A stretch of 64,000 bases of DNA from Neoconidiobolus thromboides FSU 785 (lineage: Eukaryota; Fungi; Entomophthoromycota): NCBI GenBank assembly GCA_025603075.1, contig MU626258.1:197457-261456 (forward strand). Direction: 5' to 3'. Under the pieces are notes generated by a model, which had not been told where the DNA came from, searched no databases, and saw nothing but the letters and a program-made list of their open reading frames with translations. Each line of letters starts with the position of its first letter. Within the stretch, counting starts at the first letter, position 1. The position numbers and the translations under genes are program-made. Of this stretch, positions 52,544-63,850 are shown in pieces.

Positions 52544-54509
52544 TTATTTTCTATATTTAAATTTTTTCAATACACTTGGTTTTTTAGGATTAGCTCGAAT
52601 ACTTTGTTGATGCTGTTGAAATCGATCTTTAAAATAAGTTTGAGCTTGTTTATCATGTAAAACTTCTTGCAAGATGGTTTGTTTACGATCTTTCTTAGCC
52701 AATCTACCTGAATAAAATTCACTTTTATCTTCAATGATGGTACCCACCTAAAAAAAAGAAAGAAATTAGCATCGCTATATTTTTATAGATGATTATTATT
52801 CTTACTTGAAAGTATTTACTTTGTAAACTTTTATTATCTTTTTTATAAAATCGTTTACGATCCAATACTTTTCTTAGTTTTAACACTTGTAAATCTTTTT
52901 TCAATTCTTCTGTCATCTCAGGAGCTTCCATATTAAACCATTTTTTACCTGCATTGGCTTCTTTTTCCTAACAAATTACGTTAATTTCTTTTTAAATTTG
53001 TATTTAAAATTATAAAATTTACTTTTTTAGCTTCTGCATGAGTAAGCCTGTATTCTGGTAATGCTCGATTCATTCGAAGTTCTTCTAACCCTTTTCTGGA
53101 GGATACTGCTAATGCATTAGCTACTTCTGAGCTTATTATTTGATCTTCATCGATTAAATTAAAATCTGTTTCTGGATCGTCATTGTTTTTTCTTTTTATA
53201 TTAGTACTAGCAGAATCTTCATTAACTTTGATAAGTTCCTTTTGATTTTGAATACTGGCTGGTTGATTCTCCTTGTTCTTATTTTTGACATTATCGTTTT
53301 TAATGTATAATTGCTCTTTTATTTTGGCATCATAGGGGTTATAAAACGTGCCATTGGCTTGAAATGCTTTACTATAAATATTAAAATTTAATTATTAAAT
53401 TATAATAAAAATTATAGACAACTTACTTTTTAATTTGGAGATTAGTTACACCTGAATCGGCTAAATTTTTTTTAGCTTTATCTAATAAACTTCTTAATAA
53501 ATTTTCATCAACTTCTTTTTCCTCTTCTTCTGAAAGGGAAAAATATTCAGAGTCTTCAGAGTCTATTTTATTTTCATTATTTTCTTCATTTTCTTCATCT
53601 ACTAAATCTTGTTCATTGGATTCAAGATGTCTCATTTTATAATTATTTTTAGCTAAAAGTTCATTTAAAATATTATCTGCTTCATCATCGGAGTTTTCCA
53701 CTTGATCAGTTTCTATGACTTCAGGTTCATCATTTTCTTGATTTAAATTAACATCAAGTTCGTCGGCTGCTTTTTTATTTGTAAATTGTGGATCTAAATT
53801 AACGTACTGATTTAACATAACGTCATCTTTATTTTCAGTTTCTACAATTATGTTAGTTGTATTTGACTTAGTGCTATCTTCCACTTGATTGGATACTAAC
53901 TCAGTTGTTGAAACTACTGAAGTTAACCGAGTTTCATTCACAATTGAGCTTATCTTAATACCTTCATTTGAGTTACTCTGATTTTTTTTACCTTGATTTA
54001 ATTCTAAATAAAAAAAAATAAAAAAATAAAAACTAGTTACCAATTGAATTACCTTTTAAACCCTCATTAGAATTAACACCACTCTCACTTCCAACTACTT
54101 GTTTAATTTCTAAACTTGAATTTTCTTTTGATGACTTGATTTCAGTACAACTATAAAACTCCATGGATTCTACTTTATCTTCCAATCTCAATACACTCTC
54201 CTCTTCTACCACTTCCTTATTATTTTTAGATTTCCTACCTCTTTTTGATTTATTTGGTGTCACTTCTTTAGATTGTGTCGTTAAACCACTAGATTCTTGA
54301 CGTAATATAACTGAGTCTTCCTTTCCTTCTTTAATACTATCAGTCCGATCTTGACTTTCTTCCACAGCTAATTTTGGTTTTCTACTTCTTTTTCCTTTAG
54401 CAGCGGTCGGTTTCTTGGTTTCTGTTGATAATCCACTAGATTCCTTGGTTGAAATTCCTCCTTCATTCCTTTCTGGTGATTTGTTTCTTGTTCGGAGATT
54501 ATAGCCCAT
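52544..54509 (-). CDS. FCF2: Fcf2-domain pre-rRNA processing protein (TdIF2/DNTTIP2-like), multi-exon
   Basis: AGKKWFNMEAPEMTEELKKDLQVLKLRKVLDRKRFYKK...PKYFQ-like [35 protein letters not shown]; long acidic N-terminal region. Confidence 0.9.
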
Positions 54510-55410
54510 TTTTTATCACTATTTTTATTAGTTTAAAAAATGATTTTCTGAATTCTTCAGTTTAGTGAATATTATATCAAATAACAATTGGCTTCCAAGA
54601 TTTTTCGAAATTCGATGATTATTGGTTACTAAAATTCAAATTAAGCATAGCTTTGATTTGTTCATTTTATTTTATTTACAGTTACTAAGAGTAGGAAAAT
54701 AGATGGTTCAAGTTTGTCTCAATACCAATCAGCAAAAAGTTACACTATGTAATTATTGTTAAGGTTAACTAAAAAATTTTGTCATTTAGGCAAAAATATA
54801 ATTTAATAAATTATTTTTAAATTTATTTTGTACCAGACTGATTCATTACAAAAGTTCAACTGACTAATTTTAATATAATTATTTAACTAAAATAAATATT
54901 AATATTTTATTTGAGTAAGCTTTTATGCTCAAATTAAAGTTTAATGCTGATTCCTTACTAGAATTTGTTATACAGCTAAAAAATACCTTATAAAATTTAG
55001 TGCAAACCTATTCAAACTTATCCAATTTTAGAATTTTTTTCAGCTTTGAGAAATAAATTTATTGAAATGAATCTGTAATATCCACACTCCCCCACTTTGG
55101 TGACTGTGAGTTTTTTATTATAAGCTTTCAAAAAAAGTAACAAATTAAAAAGTTGAATTATGTTTAGTTTATGTTTAGTTTAAATTATAATAGCATATTT
55201 AAATCTCAAAAACAATGAAAAGCATCTAACTGCTAGCTGCTTTATTCAATTCATATTTCATAATAATATAGTTATGGTTTTATTTACATTCTCTAAAAGC
55301 TTTTTTACCAGTTTGTAGTTTGATTGAAGATAAAGCAGCTTTTTACAAAAAGTTTTATGTTTTATTTTATTTTAAATTATAAACTAATAAAAAAAGTTAA
55401 TAAAATATAT

Positions 55411-55509
55411 GGGGATGTTTTTTTTGGCTTCATTACTTTTTCCACCTTTTAAGCGCTATTTGAGTGGAAAAATTGCTAGTAAAATTCTTAAATACAAAAA
55501 CACATCCCC
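55411..55509 (+). mobile_element. MITE copy 18 (cleanest copy, 99 bp)
   Basis: GGGGATGTTTTTTTTGG...AAATACAAAAACACATCCCC; ATAT at 55407-55410 and 55510-55513. Confidence 0.95.
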
Positions 55510-55766
55510 ATATAAAGATACTATTATACCTGAATAACTAATAATTTACCAATTTTAATTTATATTATATTGCTATATTTTTTTATAACTTTTTACTATA
55601 GTTACATAAGTTTTAATATGAAATAAACATAAAATTTGTTTTAAATAAAACTATACATATAAATTATTATGATTTTAATATTTTTAAACATGTTTAAAAT
55701 GTTTTCAAAATAAGTTTTTTTATCTTAAAATAAATTTCAAAAAATAAATAAAACAATTTAATAGAT

Positions 55767-55864
55767 AGAGATGTTTTTTTGTGCCTAAGAATTCTATTAA
55801 CAATCTTTCCACTCAAATAGCGTTTAAAAGATAGAAAAAGTGATGAAGTAAAAAAAATACTCCC
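55767..55864 (-). mobile_element. MITE copy 19
   Basis: Consensus match; AGAT/ATAT. Confidence 0.88.
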
Positions 55865-56485
55865 ATATTATATATTTTACACATTTCTAAAACAAACAAT
55901 TATTACATTATTACAAGCACATTAAACCTTAATTTTAGTTAAAAATAGTTTGTTCTTGGCAGGATAAAAAACAAAAGTCCTATTCTACATCAAGAAATTT
56001 ACGCTCAATAGTAACCCAAATAGTGAATATAAAACATTGCAAGGTTAGCTTCTTATAACATATCAAAAAACAAGCAAATAAACAATTTTAAAAAATGTAT
56101 CAAAATCGTTGAGCTTTTTGTTACAAAGTTAATCTATTTTTAGAATCCAGAATGATTAAACACTGTAGTAAAAAAGTTTTTTATTTTAATAAATTAATAA
56201 AAATACCAACTCAAATTTAATTTTACCAAATAATAAATAGCGTCATTCTATTCATACCGTTGACTTGAAAGTGATCTCATTTTCAACCCACCTTTTAATT
56301 TATAGCTAAAAACAGCTAACACAATGTTTATTTAACATGGCTAAGTAGATATCAAGTTAATTTGAAGCTAGATATACAACGTCTGATAATATTCCTTAAG
56401 ACCTTTACAAATGTATAAATACTTATCAAAAAGTCCTAAACTCAATATATTAAATTTCATAAACTATCTAGAGCATCTAACTACA

Positions 56486-57580
56486 ATGTACACTAACTTC
56501 ATTACTGTTGCACTTTTATCCGCACTTACTGCCAATGCAATTTCCTTGGGCCAATTGGGTCTTCCTTTAGGTTTAGGCTCCAATGGTGTTGCCCCAAGTT
56601 CAGTCAATGCCAATACTATTCCAAACGCTATGAACGTGAACTCTAATGCTGCAAAACCAGCCGGAGCTTTAAATGCACCAAAAGTTGAATCAGTAACTCC
56701 AAGCAGCGCTGAATCCTTTATGTTGGATGGCATTGAGGGTGAAGAAGGTTTTGATATTGCAGCTGCAGCTGAAGAAGAAGGAAAAAAGGATGAAAAGAAA
56801 GCTGAAGAAAAGAAAGATAAAGACAGTAAGAAGGATAAAGATGATAAGACTGACAAAAAGAAAGAAAAGGATGACAAGAAAGATAAACCCAAGAAATATA
56901 AACATGATCACGATGACTACTATAGCAAAAAAGGATCCAAGTACTATGGCGATGATGATGATGATGAGCATAGCTATAGACATCGTGATGATAAACATTA
57001 CAAGAGACCTAGTTATTATAGAAGAGGCTATGAAGTTAAAGATTATGGGCATGATCATGAAAAGAAATCAGAATATAAATCTGATGACAAAAGAAAAAAA
57101 TATGCTGAGGATATTAAAAAATATTTAGCTAAAGATGAACATAAGAAACCAGAAGATTCATACAAGCATCATGACTCTGAATATAAGAAACCTGAAGAAC
57201 ACTACAAACATCATGACTCTGAATATAAGAAACCTGAAGAACACTACAAACATCATGATTCTGAGTACAAGAAACCTGAAGAACACTACAAGAAGCCAGA
57301 AGAACACTACAAGCGTCACGAATCCGAATACAAGAAGCCAGAAGAGGAATACAAGAAACATGAAGAACATAGACCAGAAGGTGAATATAAAAAACCAGAA
57401 GAACATTACAAGAAACATGAAGAACACCACAAGAAGCCAGAAGAACACTACAAGGAACATGAAGGATACAAGAAACCTGAAGAGCATTACAAGAAACCAG
57501 AGGAGCACAAGTATGAGGAGAAGAAATACGAGCACCCAAAGGAAAAGGGGTACAAAGTAGAAGAGCCAGAGAAATATTAA
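56486..57580 (+). CDS. Secreted Lys/Glu/His/Tyr/Pro-rich repeat protein A (~364 aa)
   Basis: Signal MYTNFITVALLSALTANA, from the second ATG of ORF 56411; YKKPEEH repeats; 42-bp HHDSEYKKPEEHYK units. Confidence 0.88.
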   Translation: MYTNFITVALLSALTANAISLGQLGLPLGLGSNGVAPSSVNANTIPNAMNVNSNAAKPAGALNAPKVESVTPSSAESFMLDGIEGEEGFDIAAAAEEEGKKDEKKAEEKKDKDSKKDKDDKTDKKKEKDDKKDKPKKYKHDHDDYYSKKGSKYYGDDDDDEHSYRHRDDKHYKRPSYYRRGYEVKDYGHDHEKKSEYKSDDKRKKYAEDIKKYLAKDEHKKPEDSYKHHDSEYKKPEEHYKHHDSEYKKPEEHYKHHDSEYKKPEEHYKKPEEHYKRHESEYKKPEEEYKKHEEHRPEGEYKKPEEHYKKHEEHHKKPEEHYKEHEGYKKPEEHYKKPEEHKYEEKKYEHPKEKGYKVEEPEKY

Positions 57581-57974
57581 GTTGATTTGTGCATCCAGCT
57601 ATAGTTAGTAGAGTTTCTAGTTCATGTCATATTACATTCATATATTAAACTAATAGTATTTTATATAATTTTTTTAAATATTTTTGATACTTTAGATAAT
57701 TTATTAATATGTTTAAAATGTATGGTTAAGCGTATTTAAGTAACGAATAGTGCTAAAATAGATAAAAGCACTATAAGGTTAATTCGAAAACTTGTTTAAA
57801 CTCATTTAATTTGTTTCATTATTTATTAAATTTGAATAATCAAATTCTAATTCTTAACTTGTGTCCTTAGGCATTTATGGCACCAACAATTTTGAGTAAT
57901 CTACTTATAATTTACTAAATTATCTCCTTCATTAGATACAAAAAGATCTATAGTCTATTTATGGATTAATATAT

Positions 57975-58071
57975 GAAAGTGTTTTTTTGGCTTCATTACT
58001 TTTTCAATCTTTTAAGCGCTATTGAGTAGAAAAATTATTAGTAAAATTCTTAAACACAAACATACACCCTT
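57975..58071 (+). mobile_element. MITE copy 20
   Basis: Consensus match; ATAT/ATAT. Confidence 0.9.
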
Positions 58072-59132
58072 ATATATAGAGTAGAATATAAAACTGCTAA
58101 CTATAGCTTATTGAATACAAAAAGCTGGCAAAGAAATCCTCCAATACCTGCCTATCTTACACTAATATTGCAAAATCATCCCAAATACCATCTCATCTTT
58201 ATAACTCATGATATAGCATGTTTTATATTGTTTTTGATGTTTTACAATATTAATAAAGTACTTGGGAGTTAATAGCTTTTTCAAGATTTTAAAATAATTG
58301 AATTCTTCATGTAAATGCTTTTATAAAGTGGGATAATTAGTGCTTTCCTTGCTACTATCATTAGCTATTAATTCCTAACTCTTTAAAATAAATTTAATAA
58401 TATCTCTATAGAAGTATTTTTCGAGATTTTTTATTCATAATAATGGATATTAGTGCATTGAGATGACTGGATAAAAGCGATATTAAAACATAGTATATAT
58501 AAAACACATATTTTATTTTGTTAAGAACTCTTTACTTGAGTTACTTATCAATTGCATTCATATATAGTATAAAAAAATAGCTAATATCAGTTACACATTT
58601 TCAGTCGGTTTATCTCCTTTTCCCTATCTCCTCTGCTTTACATGACAGAGCCTCTAGTAGATATAAATTGAATAATGTATTATTTTTCATTCTTTTATGA
58701 AAAGACCGGAGTAACCGACAAAATATTCCAACCCTGTAATAGCTTCTGTTGTTTTCCCATCATTGGTATATCGATTTATATTTTATTTATCTTGAAAGAT
58801 AAAGCGCGTGGGCTTTATGATCTTCTGGGAAAAGGGGTTCTTTAGGAAGAAGAATGTTAGAATTTTAGAATTTTAAAATTAATTAGGAATAAAAATATTA
58901 AACAAATTGGATATTTTTTGACAAATGACTGGCTGATATACTAATAGTATGTAACTATAAAAATATATATGGTTTATAATTTTTTTTACATGATAATTAT
59001 CGGTTTATATATTAGCTAAAATATCAAAGTAAAAGATAAAAATAAAAGGCTATTTTAAAGTAATATCAAATTTATTAAAAACAATTATTAATGAACATTG
59101 CAAATAAAGGAATAAAAGACAAACGGAACAAC

Positions 59133-60319
59133 TTAATATTCTGGTGCTTTAACTACATAACCCTTGTTTTCTTTCTTGTATTCACCTTCTGGTTTCTTAT
59201 ATTCACCTTCTGATTTCTTGTACTCATTTTCTGGTTTTTTGTACTCACTTTCAGGTTTTTTGTATTCTTCAACTTTGTATTTAGGAGTTTCTTTTTTACC
59301 ATAATCGTTATCGTCTTTCTTGTAATCACCTTCTGGTTTCTTGTAATGATCCTCAGGTTTCTTGTACTCACCTTCAGGTTTCTTGTATTCTTCTACTTTG
59401 TATTTAGGGGTTTCTTTTTTACTGTAATCATTGTTATCTTTCTTGTAATGGTCTTCAGGTTTCTTATATTCAGAGTCATGATGCTTGTATGAATCTTCTG
59501 GCTTCTTATATTCAGAGTCATGATGCTTGTATGAATCTTCTGGCTTCTTGTAATGATCCTCAGGTTTCTTATAGTGGTTTTCTGGCTTCTTATATTCTTC
59601 TACCTTATATTTAGGGGTTTCTTTTTTACCATAGTCATTACTGTCTTTCTTGTAGTGGTCTTCAGGCTTCTTATACTCAGATTCGTGGTGTTTGTATGAA
59701 TCTTCTGGCTTTTTATATTCAGAATCATGATTCTTGTATGAATCTTCTGGTTTTTTGTAGTGATCATCGTGTGACTTGTACTCTTCAACTTTATATTTAT
59801 GAGAATCATCTTTCTTATATTCATAATCATCATGCTTCTTGTAGCTATCGTTTTCTAAGTATTTTTTGATGCCTTCGGTATATTTATTGTACTCTTTGCT
59901 GTCATTCTTTTTATAGTCATCTACTTTATATTCACCATTTTTGTGGCTTTTATAGTCATCATTTTCATATGAATTTTTGTATGACTTATCAACCTTGTAT
60001 GCACCATGGCTTTCTTTCTTGTAATGATCATTGTCTTTATGATCATATTCATTATCTCTTCCATAATGATCATCGTGATCATGACCATAGCCATGATCTT
60101 TACCATGATATCTATTATCTGAATCATAGTCATCATGATGCTTCTTATGATGGTACCTATCTGAGTCATAGTTATCGTGGCTATTATATTTGTTATCTGA
60201 GTTGTAATCACCATGTCGTTCCTTATGATGATATTTATTTGAATCGTAATCATCATGATTGTGGTATTTCTTATTACGATGATGGTCATCATGACCATGG
60301 TATTTCCTACTGTGATGGT

Positions 60320-60353
<34 letters not shown>

Positions 60354-60617
60354 GTTCGAGGCTTTTAAAGCTGAATTTGCTTCTTTTTGAAGAGTATCTG
60401 GGTTTATAGATGAGATACTAGCTTGGTTAGGGGCCATCTTGTTGGCTGCTGGAGTTATAGAACCCAACTTTATATCTCCTGGAGTAGAGTTGATGTTACT
60501 TGGATTTGGAATGGCCTGTGGGGAGTTTAAATTTAAGCTGGAAAGTACAGCATCTAATGAGAGAGCATTGGCAGCAATAGCGCTTAAAATAACAGAAATG
60601 ATGAATTTAGAATGCAT
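59133..60617 (-). CDS. Secreted His/Asp/Lys/Tyr-rich repeat protein B (494 aa), paralog of A
   Basis: Signal MHSKFIISVILSAIAANA; D11 run; His/Asp/Tyr block; YTEGIKKYL; YKKPE repeats; C-terminal KGYVVKAPEY. Confidence 0.9.
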
Positions 60618-60660
60618 TTTTAATTGGTTTTATATGAAGTATATCAGTATAGATGATTTT

Positions 60661-60700
60661 GATATTGTTTTTTTGATATTGTTTTTTTGATATTGGTTTT
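60661..60700. repeat. 14-bp tandem repeat GATATTGTTTTTTT x~3, just upstream of protein B
   Basis: Seen directly. Confidence 0.7.
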
Positions 60701-61099
60701 AGTGAAATCCTTTAGCTTTTTATATGTCATTTTGTCGCTATATTCTATTAATAAATCTGGTAGTTACAATTTATACTAGTTGAAGTGTTTACGCATCTTG
60801 TATTCTTTACTTTTGTTTATAAAATTTCAACCAATTTACTAAAAGTTGGAATTTCAATGTGATTACACTAACTTAATTTTTTTCCAAAATTGTAAGTTGC
60901 CACGCAGGATTAACTTGATTTATCTTTAAACTATTAAAAATTCATGGTGATAATTACTGTTAATTAAATTCATTTTGTTACTAACTAGATATGTATGATT
61001 TATAAAATTAAGTAATATGTTGATTGTGACTAATTGCTGTATTTTAATAGGTTTTACTATATCGCTCTAAAAATGGATCTAGCTAATATTTTAACATTT

Positions 61100-61192
61100 T
61101 GGGTGTTTTGATTTCATCACTTTTACCATTTTTTAAATGCTATTTGAGTGAAAAATCATTGGTAAAATTATTAAACAAAAAAATGCATTCCC
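61100..61192 (+). mobile_element. MITE copy 21 (diverged)
   Basis: Consensus match; ATTT/ATTT. Confidence 0.85.
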
Positions 61193-62672
61193 ATTTAGTT
61201 TTAGTGGTATTGTAATCATAAATTTAAGTATGGCTCTTCTATTAAAAAGTTATTTTTACATTGTAGTATTAACTGATAATATTTGTTAGCTGAGAAAGCA
61301 AAATAGATTTAAGATTAAATTAGCATAAGACTTACAGAGTTTTGAAACGAATATTTTAAAATAACCTGATAGCTTAAAAACAGCTTATATCGATTTAAGT
61401 ATATGATAGCATACATACACTTAGTTTTACTATAAAGTTACTAAAATAGTTCTATTAAATCGTTTTACACTGAAAACAGTACCGATTGATAAATATATAA
61501 TGTTTTGAGAAAATACTTGAGAATAAGTTCTGAGGTAAGTGAAGAGGTGACCAAGTGGTAAGACACATTCTCTTCTTAATAAGAAGTATGAATTACCTGT
61601 TAAAGTATCCCCGCATCTTATATCTCTTCAAACTTTTCTCAGATATTCTATATTAATATTCATTAAGCTTCTATATTGTCTTAAGTAAACCAAACCATTT
61701 ATTTTGGATGTGCAATAAAAAAAGGCTCTAGAGTAGACTTTTTTTAGCATAAAGTCTACTTTTATAAAATTTTAACTTCAAGAATCACTACTAGTTTCGA
61801 GAAATGTTTGACAACGGAAAATATTATGTAAATCACTTCATTTTACAAATATGTTTTAAGTGATCTATGGCCATATACTTTATTTTTTAATTGTTTTTAT
61901 AGACTACCTCTTTTTGAATATAATTTACCAAATATTAAAGATATTAGTACTTTTATTTAGAAAAAAACCAAGGAAATCCACTAAAGTTTGAGTTATCATC
62001 CTACAATAGCAAATGCTTTTATTTCGATTTCATTTTAAGATAGATACAAAGACTATAGTTTATGTCCTTTTGAACCTCGAATTAGTATTCGAGTTCTTAG
62101 TTTTTAATACATTCTGTTCATTTTTTTACATAATAAATGCTAATTCTAAAATATTATGGTTTTAAGAATTAATAAGGAAAAAAGTGTTACCAATTACAAT
62201 GTTTTTAGCAATCAAAGCATGAATCAAATAAACTTGATTTCTTCTTGGCTTTTGTAGTCCTAGTTATTGAGTGTTTAATTCCTTAGGCAAAAGAACTTCC
62301 TCTCTAAGCACAAGACCCTCTCGCAAAGGATATCATTATTCTTAATATACTTACACATAATACATCTATTTACAAAGTAATATCATCGTTAGTTGTTCTG
62401 ATATATTCTGTTTTTCCATAGATTATACTTTCAGAAATAGCAATATACAAAGCAGCACTATAATCTAAAAGTTAGCAAATGATACCTTTAAAGGTTTGAA
62501 TCTAAATTTTTATATTGATTGTTTGGAAGGAAGTTATAAGCATATGAGTATCAGTAAAGCTTAGAAGATTTTATATCGATAAGCTATGGTCATTACAGCA
62601 AGTTCACCAGCTCTATTATTAATCTATGTCTTTAAGTGCTAGCTATTCTAAAGCTAGTAAGTTACGTTACCT

Positions 62673-62755
62673 GAGGTTTTTTTGGCTTCACTTTTTCCAT
62701 CTTTTAAGCGCTATTTGAGTGGAAAAATTATTAAAATTATTAAAAATACATTCCC
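62673..62755 (+). mobile_element. MITE copy 22 (internal deletions)
   Basis: Consensus match; ACCT/ATCT. Confidence 0.85.
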
Positions 62756-62890
62756 ATCTATTTGCAATAAATCTTAAAATCATAAAGATAGTAATTTAAT
62801 CTGAAAAGGAGTTTAAATAAATGATAATATTTTATTTGACAGTAATGGATATTAAGAGAGATATTTCACTTTAATAGGAATGCATAGTAA

Positions 62891-63850
62891 TTATTGAATT
62901 TTGTTTCCAGGTTTTTGGAAATGTTCTAATAGTAAAGTCAGTGCTTTAACTAAAGGATCAGAGCTGTTAGCGTCAACGCCATTTTTGTTGATAGAGGAGG
63001 CCAAATCGGGAGGCGCTGTAGCCAGCTTAGGTGCTTCATGGATATTATTAATAACAATATTTACTTTGTCTTTATCAATAGGAAGGTTGTTTAATGGCAA
63101 GCTACCTATTGGTAAGCCTGGGTTATTAAATGACTGTGTTGATTGTCCGAAACCTTGAGAGCTATCTGACATACCTAATAAATTTGGTCCACCTTGAGTT
63201 GGTATGCCTCTATTCTGTGGCATATTGATATCTGGTCTAAATTGGAAATTAGGCTGTAGCCTCTGTCCTGTTAACCTTGGGCTGTTAACAGTATTAAAAT
63301 CTGTATCGCTCCCATCACTAAGCTCGAAATTATTTTGTAATTCATGTACGCCCCCTCTTTGAGAATTTTGAACATTATTATCTCCTATCACCATCCCATT
63401 TCTATCTTGAAAGCCCTGCATACTACTCATAGCCATCGCATTTTGATTGGGCTGAATGAATTGAGGATTGTTTGATGCTAGCTGAAAGTTACTGGCTTGA
63501 GCGAATCGAGGGTCATTGGATGATAGCCTAAAGTTATTAGCTTGAAAGGGATTAGATTGGGGGCTATTAGCTTGAAAATTATTAGCTTGAAAATTATTAG
63601 CCTGAAAATTATTAGATTGAAAGGGGTTAGATTGAAGATTGTTATGTTGAGTAAATTGAGGGTTATGGACATCATTAAATGAATCTGACTTAGAAACACC
63701 CTTTTTCGGGTTAACACCAAAGTTTGTTGAGCCATCTGCTATATCAACTATAGAGTTCAATATACCAGCTGGGTTACGATCATCACTTAAAATGAAAGCT
63801 GGGAATACCCTATTTAATAAATATAAAATCGTTAATATAAAATACTTCAT
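62891..63850 (-). CDS. Secreted Asn/Gln/Gly-rich low-complexity protein with NNFQA repeats (319 aa)
   Basis: Signal-like MKYFILTILYLLNRVFPAF; NNLQS/NPFQS/NNFQA x3/NSPQS/NPFQA/NNFRL. Confidence 0.8.
   Translation of the reverse strand: MKYFILTILYLLNRVFPAFILSDDRNPAGILNSIVDIADGSTNFGVNPKKGVSKSDSFNDVHNPQFTQHNNLQSNPFQSNNFQANNFQANNFQANSPQSNPFQANNFRLSSNDPRFAQASNFQLASNNPQFIQPNQNAMAMSSMQGFQDRNGMVIGDNNVQNSQRGGVHELQNNFELSDGSDTDFNTVNSPRLTGQRLQPNFQFRPDINMPQNRGIPTQGGPNLLGMSDSSQGFGQSTQSFNNPGLPIGSLPLNNLPIDKDKVNIVINNIHEAPKLATAPPDLASSINKNGVDANSSDPLVKALTLLLEHFQKPGNKIQ

Noticed and set aside
55407-55513. MITE ends as STRE sites for the local Msn2/4-like factor
   Set aside because: The termini are TGGGGA/TCCCCA, not AGGGG/CCCCT, in nearly all copies.
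58595-58730. Weak inverted similarity (ttttcagtcggtttatctcc vs ggagtaaccgacaaaat) between repeat genes A and B
   Set aside because: Too short and gapped to call a second MITE family from one instance.
57100-59900. YKKPE repeats as Kex2-processed peptide precursors (KEP/RiPP-like)
   Set aside because: The dibasic sites are mostly KK followed by Pro, which is unfavourable for Kex2, and there is no regular KR spacing.
56464-60690. Many overlapping alternative-frame and antisense ORFs (also 15745, 38044, 38135, 51352, 51636, 62901, 63478)
   Set aside because: These are shadows of repetitive or biased coding sequence on the real frame.
62071-62097. Small hairpin gaacctcgaat-tagt-attcgagttc
   Set aside because: Single short stem with no supporting context; no tRNA or snRNA features.
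6531-62755. The ~99-bp repeat as a CRISPR array, tRNA-derived SINE or ncRNA
   Set aside because: It is dispersed in both orientations with TIRs and TSDs; there are no spacers, A/B boxes or poly-A tail.
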